From contig CALVJJ010000004.1 in assembly GCA_944332185.1 (NCBI GenBank), positions 5,768 through 69,767 on the forward strand: DNA of 64,000 nt, in the 5' to 3' direction. Below, piece after piece: positions 61,801-64,000 of the stretch (position 1 is the first letter of the stretch; every line of letters starts with the position of its first letter). Position numbers and translations under genes: made by a program. Below the pieces are notes generated by a model, which saw only the letters and a program-made list of their open reading frames with translations, did no database searches and was not told where the DNA came from. Origin of the DNA: an uncultured Clostridia bacterium. Lineage in GTDB: Bacteria > Bacillota > Clostridia > Christensenellales > UBA1242.

Positions 61801-64000
61801 TATCACCATGGCATATACTATTTATACTGAACATGGAATGAATGTCTCTGAAAACACTCAAGATACTTACACATACACTTCTGGCATTAGTACAAAGTCT
61901 ACAAAAGGAGAAATTGTAGGTAAGGGTAATGGTTCACAACTTTATACTCCATTATCTTCTACTGGTAATAAGTTGAGTGGTGGTGGAACTATCAGTAGTG
62001 CATACTATAAAGAAGATCAACTAAAAACTTCTGTTCTAGAAGGATTCAATTGGAATATTTGGCAACGACAAAATAATGCAGAACATTATTACAACTTGCC
62101 ATATATTGATGGAGATTATCCATATTGGATTGATGGTGTGCGCAAGGTTGACAATGCTTACTACTACAATGAAAACAATACAGGTATTACCACTTCTACA
62201 GAAGCATATACTGTCCATACATCACAACAACTAGCAGTCATTGCTTATATTACGAATGTTGAACAAAGGAATGTAAACGTGACTTTGGGTGCCAATATTG
62301 ATCTTGGTGGAAAACTTTGGACGCCAATCGGCATAGAAAGTAACGCATACCAAGGGACATTTGATGGTGGTTCTCATACTATATCTAATATGGTTATCAC
62401 GAGAGTTCATGCAACAAAAGATGATCAAGATTATGCTGGACTCTTTGGGTATATGAGTGGTGCAACGATCAAGAATGTAAATATAGAGAATAGTAATATC
62501 TTCTTTACGGATTCTGCCAAAATTGTTGATACTGTTGGATCCATCTCAGGTTATACCACGAATTCATCTATTACCAATGTCCATGTGAACAATGTCGTCT
62601 TATACGTCAATGGACAGACTGTGGGTGGATTGGTAGGATCTGCTAATGCAACTACAATTTCACGAAGTAGCGTGACAGGTTCGACCATGAGTGCCAATGA
62701 TATCATGGGAGGTCTTATTGGTGAAAGTAATGGTGGAACAGTAGAGACTTCCTATATTACAGGTAGTACGATGACACAAGTAGCAAGTAGTGTGACAGGT
62801 TCGACATCATCTACCCAAGTAGCTTACCTATCTAGTCTATCCAATACCAATGCAACCACGAGATCTAATGTAGCGTCACCATACCAAGGTGGACTAATTG
62901 GAATATCTACGAATACCAATATTTTAGAGGTTGTGGCAGATACTACTAAGATTAGTAATCATGCTGATTCTTATAAAAACGTAGGAGAACTATTTGGATC
63001 TATTACAGTCAGTAATGATACTCCTACCATGACCAATGGTGTACATAATGTATTAGCGTACGATGTGACCAATGGAACAAATAATCCAATAGAAAAATTA
63101 TTTGGAAATGATCTAACTTACCATAACAATATGAGTATGATATTCACAAATAGGAAAACTGATTTAGATACAACGTACTATATTGGTGGATTACCTAATA
63201 TAGAAGATGCAATTATGACAAACAATCCATGGTGGAATGGTCGAATCAATGATAATAATAGGACAGCCAATATCGATAGACCATATTATGTACCGGGGAA
63301 TGCAACGAACAATACAGATATTACACTTGCAGATTTTATGGCTACGATGAGTTTACGATACTATCCAAATGGTAGTATTCCAACGACAAAGTATACCATT
63401 ACGCAAGTAGGTAGTAGTTATACAACAATCTATTATGATGATTTTACCATTCAAAAATCTGCTGGAACTACGTATTATCCTATTGCCAATACTTCTCTTT
63501 ATGGACCAGGTAAAGATAGTTATTATCAATTAGAAATTGCAACGAATGGTATCTCTTACTTATTTGAGACAATGACTAATATTACAGAGTTTAAGAACTT
63601 TAATATCTCTACTGACGTACCTATTGCTAATTCTATTGATAATAGTAAAATTGGAGATAAAGTTTCCAGTGAATTTAGCAATCTAGTTTTAACATCTAGT
63701 GCACAAGGTGGTGCACTTGCAGTAGAATATAAAGGGAATGGAACATTATATTCTTCTATAGGCAAAGAAGATGCTTTTATTACGGTGAATGCGAATGAAA
63801 TTTCCGGTGGTGGCTTATGTGATTATATAAAAAATGCAACTGTGCAATATGTCACTATTACAGGAAGTATTGTAGGAGCATTTAATCAAGAAGCTGTCGG
63901 TGGCGTTGTTGGAAAGATGGTATCTGGTGAGATTAGTAATGTCACTGTTACGGCAACTGTTGATGGAAATGGTGCTCCACAAGTTGGTGGTGTGATCGGT
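46787..64000 (+). CDS. second giant surface lipoprotein, 3'-truncated by the window (at least 5,738 codons), paralogue of 13587-30890
   Basis: Not in the supplied track. The ATG at 46787 follows AGGTGA. The signal is MEKFKSKISLISMMFLWAILLLAG|CGNPY. I translated frame 2 by hand from 46787 to about 54700 without meeting a stop and spot-checked 59786-59829 and 63980-64000 (..QVGGVIG). The track lists no frame-2 ORF ending anywhere in 46348-64000, and every antisense ORF there is 100 aa or shorter. The product has the same Big_2-like and GLUG content as giant 1. Confidence 0.93.
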   Translation, partial: MEKFKSKISLISMMFLWAILLLAGCGNPYRNMKLEIDSKIAVENGQYTFDVDLENDEPTPFTFSVNVAGAKKGVNTNVIVSSSQTEYVTVDQTVVNGSNTDVRLTAYRVGQSLITVKSVEGNLTETIVVRVNKPVEDIVVDTTSLYIERGVAIDMREVVSYLPTDTNRKDLILQVGQVDIPAEENQILIDGNMLTVDQNSTVQSFELSIRSLYNEDIESKQITIHVVDVIQNDAIVIKYEKEGEFVELEKNNNGQYVLSMAQNSENIGDFSKNIAFFVRTPEEDILLDPATYQLGIINQQGVFTDHYTDSYVDVTKMDTTFQIMEQGMGSTVLTFGYQHKLLDTNSIKKVTLQVLVEYYPESIVVTNQNVQLDENHGMTIFDEDRPYGDGSNAIRVSIRTLNDTVLTRSPFYIHLEGEQIADYKVSLYNRNGIVDPTAMYTEQDGPFYIVHNYPSDVEIGTFSLVITSAVSGVDLTKTIPLQFVRGQMDIATNQSIYYLNVDGTAEDGTNIQNITFTGINATELWESFQIIGMQDSLVTWEWLADHSGLLLTANLEGRTGKFDVRFVAPNGNVCVATIVVFHELQDASLYVGNAVPSNIAIASVETVTEDVIANAPTYQFLSGTQVPLNFILNGTVQSLFEGTRVQVQLSGRGVTFRADNQSFTVTSSAVETVVTLTLQGYDNTGQSYATVKYFVFKVSPVLPITQVTIDQPTGSSSFQIYSRYELDSLEDDTLKKATIRYRVYPTTVKYMDPTWEVFGTQGNTIAQLTYNENEQSSTSSVQISYTLGQNNEKLYKTYAIRYGDHTIFVELNLKDKSYAVVYANIINADIVTFHIRVKLMQEYQDTNMVTTYLYNEEAYATIQVQKPTKVESIRFENLQKENDEYVYYFDIRDMQLNGNQFVGNNTASIRTNIYPIDSVNTNLVIETKVWESVDQGRTYQDTGSSAIAYLNYTVQNVDGKNYQKDLQIELLQLLNQEGDDGYITRYIEVIIYAQDSKNGSSYTIRNQFKIFLLDGSESNPFRVRTAEDVDDMRNGLNSHYVLTNNIDLSYYIATRMNGSWSPIGDKNTPFTGSLRSQNTDEFYGKYTISGLSFVENSNTNNMLVNDVENHKEYFIGLFGYLGDGASLRSFDVVVKQFDVVQTKGTVGDMLYFGVLAGATAKNTTIAGVGVYDNRGATVNPTGNGVQFVSTSSITAYIGGMVGFNQGRMTSATDTTHGVEYRLQVNLVMSVLDNSTTGASTVVYVGGMVGANSGTIQNSENNTLLFGVDTYDVVVDINPTNNQVSNRNSVFGGVAGKNTGTIQQLQVLAHIKAYNQVGGAVGSQESGVLHSLTVAPYIRGNESIGGLIGVISGYSSIDDTHIEFYGYQYANSIENSSIVGKDKVGGLIGTTTTRSSFTIKNTSIYSYTKATVEDYLPTATSAFWGDVVAQNTDAYLSLGIGYQGSSNAQNIVVTWNNIFVSASMQNFASTNSHALLPNGAMVVYNTSLHVTIPTEIDSIETFAFGTAVTNSYAVINESFVGYDTTTSYTNYQEFLTQMSTMIYTFDQAKGNAEKGLNFDSQDPTYTQAQKTQYENAVFYAHEDYTITIGDVTYPYLINLAGTDDRGTPYVTDLTTQTLQLVGSVQLLVNLPPLGVTCEAKVTVVGMVRLADSNYDQNGNLIGDVDGSLTRALEEENLKPLEEILSITAIPAFLTNSKVQVVANNRKVAEIVSYNGASYLKLNGIGEVTLTITSLYDSTITASATLQVIDQVLGFGLYEDDAYADSIVLSNDDAFQSQSTLTMEKGTTLSIYSKMMQDWNGYQQTMDSSSIGVRYRITAIENEKHEDVAIDEQYLTINGKTGTMWESALGQMTMKGLQSGTVTLEACPYYRSGDTTIYYEEYAVQFDLDIINGTQDVFVEGQTTSIRFEPSNTTQRFAVSIETDKDNEQLVLLLTDSYNMHYTFVLDTKNWKQQNTIQLGYMLLSCEFSKNDNIMTFAFYVRADMSKLYQQIDEIGETQVLDSLNTAVSVQFDFYVLGQESIDILPQATSTTDNKYTLDKTGFFQISTASRSEVISKANSNVINYPNLIITMNTEELKHGAMNAYHYPNNLEKQIEATTEETKEESYVFNGEEIPYDTILSGKNGLLKIDYTPIYANVDYVEITSTAINGQYIRFDQMIKTYTLSTVGDTSTINIQYVRDSESADPIENGITLGKRSFAYNGKTMFNGSFYVRTTIPSSIQAGNVYTITIRAYKYLPTGESVLVDTMTKQLDVLMPPSVSISCSTQAIARGMTQNFTLKINGQDDTTTLSFEQSTLKKGNVSYSYGNYFTIQSMGNDQYQVWVSSAVPQGAELNIVYKVSKRINGVNIEETNLQQPLTLTVADFVVNAIGVENVYNGRFVGLLNQFYTLRIVLTDVTYNSRTLGVAQAITNLENTLSTLAYTTQNTTLTSTWWTQEGNDLTQIKTQSYAGFIASTSKQEDNSVSIRVKNTVLTTNTLLKARTYLYYGDNGIVAVPYNQIGLPAYNGLCQNLEYDFTFDCYQYTDEENPTPIYNEEQFIDMVDNGVGDYRLMADLTLSNWTPRNTYHSTSDAVSGQTVTGVISSFDGNGYVIKIESFNTQAIQETGIAGLFATVHEDTLLKNITVLLEPTGDAQRVEVDQEGNGLASSENSVDEFDIEIDLTGNDTVYYGTIAGINNGMITNCAVTYNTEAYQDQRINELLQGTEVSPINVLSFEEYELYTTVGDQLKDTDGNYRFYQAVEKVSNFHNTIYDTVIQNNNVIKNGRTLTSIWIESDLGISAYVGGLVGQNNGYITNSRVEHISIKGSGYVAGLVAENTNKISSSYYKDGNIKNNFNSTTNAGTGGLVAINSGYIGYSYVEGRNPYQMMIGQELEGDFETVANRSVTSVDLTKFTGDNYESLLELGMYAVSMRNTYSAINTNTHAGGFVYDNTGTITNSYANILVNSTGDSAGFVYQNGENGSISEVYSLSSVAINKRNASQFSGRTTSGNWLNQGTIEHSVYLKVEGLDNKGGTIEDQVTDDPFVDAISMTQFGRYSSFTGFAFNGDYQENTAEKVASAVWFIPEMNEYDNCFSEDATENTEDLYFSIMQNNYYFPARPQLVSANILTRSVSYLAGSKTDEENNVIYSYQNVADAEGSITNPYLVYDAQLFDTRMHDVQTLRQENTLNTQEGNNTYNIRLIRDFSYADKLDRKATTYDVLFSGILDGNGMEVQDLTITAAKDSDTTADIVQAGWFGSIDQGTVKNLFIEVEEVSATGVPFVGVLSGVIHDANVFNVTITPANEDSYISGSNIIGGLAGLIYGKSQIIGITSNVNITSYFKSGSNEFNFENLYGDKGTFAILNINETKDDFSDRYTNYNKVSYVGGIVGVMDAELNEIDAYSVAQAQTSQARRLSVGDTIQLAGEIVGGIMGYMGKNVVSVNDEIQLSEDATMSIIASRVAGGIIGENHGSLQRSFVSHITTLQNSIDEAQKLGTYDTNNYRNLFGTDQDGKGTSRNAHYIGGLVGLNINGVIENSYNKVPVYSLNALASGGLIGLSFGGSIVSSYTTATVRSYESAGGLIGRMGEWYTTTAEDVTTVDSEKIQSTYYIKLPASYYTMVDLPTIFDGGVAATVWNTEDLHAKLRANGTLNTYYYLGAYVGKLDSPISNLENNDASIMGTSSYSRAKQEVNYATKVVLDYKTNIGTDASMILTETGSGNLVKATDGTYVPYITGGVYLQNPTNGKETYYLYRDMGYFCSLRTQEEIIARRLLWENDTVTWNGKIFAGTEDPIVDNGQFKHADKLKSSTTSIYNSFMEMYWNGFDINDVTLDPIDESYLYPALKAETYDLIVYVTTVEDLKKMDVYPDATFILMNDIDLGDEPWVPLCQDTPFNGTLRSNEGNVYTIHNLYFTADSIGMTQSNPINSNIGLIAQAKRAKFENFNLTLKDTNITEDNAVSVNAGYGLNYGNLVGVVVDNKKTTTFTNIQIGAEQENNVSLTLKNINTYGGVVGAGTNFTLSKVTVGPYQVGSISHSGISATIQSLVKDTQFGNNAQQHGIGGLIGLYIQEGYEPLSLLSTAVSHHTWDIATSDEGKNHTSIAMGGAIGSIVDYNLTTTSATYQLDVSVSNISIKDNSTQENNQYAMGGVIGSLTGNTTLNTSEDTSITTWQIDAITLENVNTSTNTTSYIGGLVGYQSTHNSANSNDIVYKIPSYTKDNDITMNVLGTSVGGLFGYLSGASIISSSDAVTTIPENFMNITIKGKIGDLGILAGTFVNAQDIQNISITPQTFNYAGLYQITNFGTVAGSMTGGTIDGVTVQDYQKALVENQETNQRLSINTLGGIVGNSNGTMIQNCSVTDDANKRVDANKRIYANTHGGIAGQSVLSGSTWSNLQVNIAGLSGNIAGGIVGKVDNTIQETSQLNTRTTGSISQVLTKGNIYQYYASADTISWYTNGYMGGIIGHLSASITLDQAVSEMNLILDRTSKYVGGLVGYNAGSITNSYSQGYLDISESSKGNESATENNPVYLGGLVGYNAGSIEDTYTISRYVYGSNVTMYYDTTKGGLVGDMATNASISRSYYSTDITPYSNDWGKGLYLDEILGKSFTETTSIENTLWASDGITDTTPQLAWTKDKNITTSIISSSAATTDTISNIVYDVDGSITVQAVGKTGFIIAPSVTVGGNNDGMIFGGKNKGTSLSITGDQNGIVDYFVVYSEEFIIDGNQKGLLNRVSYTGSNNIADTLGGILRNVEIFTTSNLDSILTNQVTWIDSIVAQQDVDNATVTNMTFYRTKSKTVISHNPADYVDLGGSTDLWIMIRTSNQKVEDNDTTRRKLNYGFPVLRWSLQDSYTMATTDQLSDKYYWKSNDDLVTDLQSNTWNTYDIDLGNKLWTPLATTTTTQLSGNLQGVADQGVSTTMLDTFGKNYTADRGQTLNRIYNMTIYYQNKMMAETDMTNLTNIGLFQTLPSVSNIRMENALIFVPDGTGTALNVGTVAGKVTSSATRLASVNSSIYVGNDQSTVGGLIGSMEDSGTITMAYTIYTEHGMNVSENTQDTYTYTSGISTKSTKGEIVGKGNGSQLYTPLSSTGNKLSGGGTISSAYYKEDQLKTSVLEGFNWNIWQRQNNAEHYYNLPYIDGDYPYWIDGVRKVDNAYYYNENNTGITTSTEAYTVHTSQQLAVIAYITNVEQRNVNVTLGANIDLGGKLWTPIGIESNAYQGTFDGGSHTISNMVITRVHATKDDQDYAGLFGYMSGATIKNVNIENSNIFFTDSAKIVDTVGSISGYTTNSSITNVHVNNVVLYVNGQTVGGLVGSANATTISRSSVTGSTMSANDIMGGLIGESNGGTVETSYITGSTMTQVASSVTGSTSSTQVAYLSSLSNTNATTRSNVASPYQGGLIGISTNTNILEVVADTTKISNHADSYKNVGELFGSITVSNDTPTMTNGVHNVLAYDVTNGTNNPIEKLFGNDLTYHNNMSMIFTNRKTDLDTTYYIGGLPNIEDAIMTNNPWWNGRINDNNRTANIDRPYYVPGNATNNTDITLADFMATMSLRYYPNGSIPTTKYTITQVGSSYTTIYYDDFTIQKSAGTTYYPIANTSLYGPGKDSYYQLEIATNGISYLFETMTNITEFKNFNISTDVPIANSIDNSKIGDKVSSEFSNLVLTSSAQGGALAVEYKGNGTLYSSIGKEDAFITVNANEISGGGLCDYIKNATVQYVTITGSIVGAFNQEAVGGVVGKMVSGEISNVTVTATVDGNGAPQVGGVIG
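59786..59829 (+). repeat. in-frame 18-bp tandem repeat (about 2.4 units) in giant gene 2
   Basis: gctaacaaacgtgttgac / gctaacaaacgtatttat / gctaacac..., encoding ANKRVD-ANKRIY-ANT. Confidence 0.85.
60170..60321 (+). repeat. 32-nt direct repeat exactly 120 bp apart in giant gene 2
   Basis: ggtggattggttggatacaatgcaggaagtat (60170-60201) versus ggtggattggttgggtacaatgcaggaagcat (60290-60321), 30/32 identical. Both encode GGLVGYNAGSI. Confidence 0.85.

Noticed and set aside
1-64000. Possibility of Mollicutes-type genetic code (UGA = Trp), given the AT-richness and the MGS-like glycosyltransferase.
   Set aside because: TGA terminates well-supported genes: the M23 gene at 12444-12446 and the MBL gene at 41795-41797. 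Trp is encoded by TGG throughout the conserved proteins, and the long ORFs contain no in-frame TGA. Standard code 11 fits.
1-64000. CRISPR arrays, IS elements or transposases, integrases, prophage structural genes and rRNA.
   Set aside because: I saw no regularly spaced direct repeats, no transposase, recombinase or integrase-like translations in the track, and no rRNA-like segments. The only tandem repeats are short in-frame ones inside the giant genes.

Overview
AT-rich chromosomal segment from a low-GC Gram-positive bacterium (Bacillota-like). Supporting signals are GGAGG-type ribosome-binding sites, a T-box leader, SpoIIID, and standard genetic code (TGA is used as a stop and TGG as Trp). 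Two enormous co-oriented paralogous genes fill about 54% of the window. One is a complete 5,767-codon ORF (13587-30890). The other is an ORF of at least 5,738 codons (46787-64000) that is missing from the supplied track because it runs off the window without a stop. Both begin with a lipoprotein signal peptide (LLAGC|GNPY). Both then carry beta-sandwich/Big_2-like segments alternating with GLUG-type (GG-x-x-G) repeat modules, and they share a conserved promoter and leader. I found no catalytic motif, LPXTG signal or C-terminal TM segment in the first one. The rest of the window is housekeeping: leuS, nrdDG with tandem NrdR boxes, tRNA-Glu(CUC)-tyrS, a SpoIIQ-like degenerate M23 protein, acpP, spoIIID, DegV, an MFS transporter, rubrerythrin, efp, a GT4 glycosyltransferase, an ABC-F ATPase, an MBL hydrolase, PlsC, and T-box-controlled pheST. 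Secondary oddities are an EF-P with Arg instead of Lys at the loop tip, an ABC-F with one doubly degenerate ATP site, an XRE/SLOG divergent pair with twin TGTAG-N6-CTACA operators, a tRNA-terminator-tyrS arrangement without a T-box, and a candidate small RNA. No CRISPR array, IS element, integrase or rRNA was seen.
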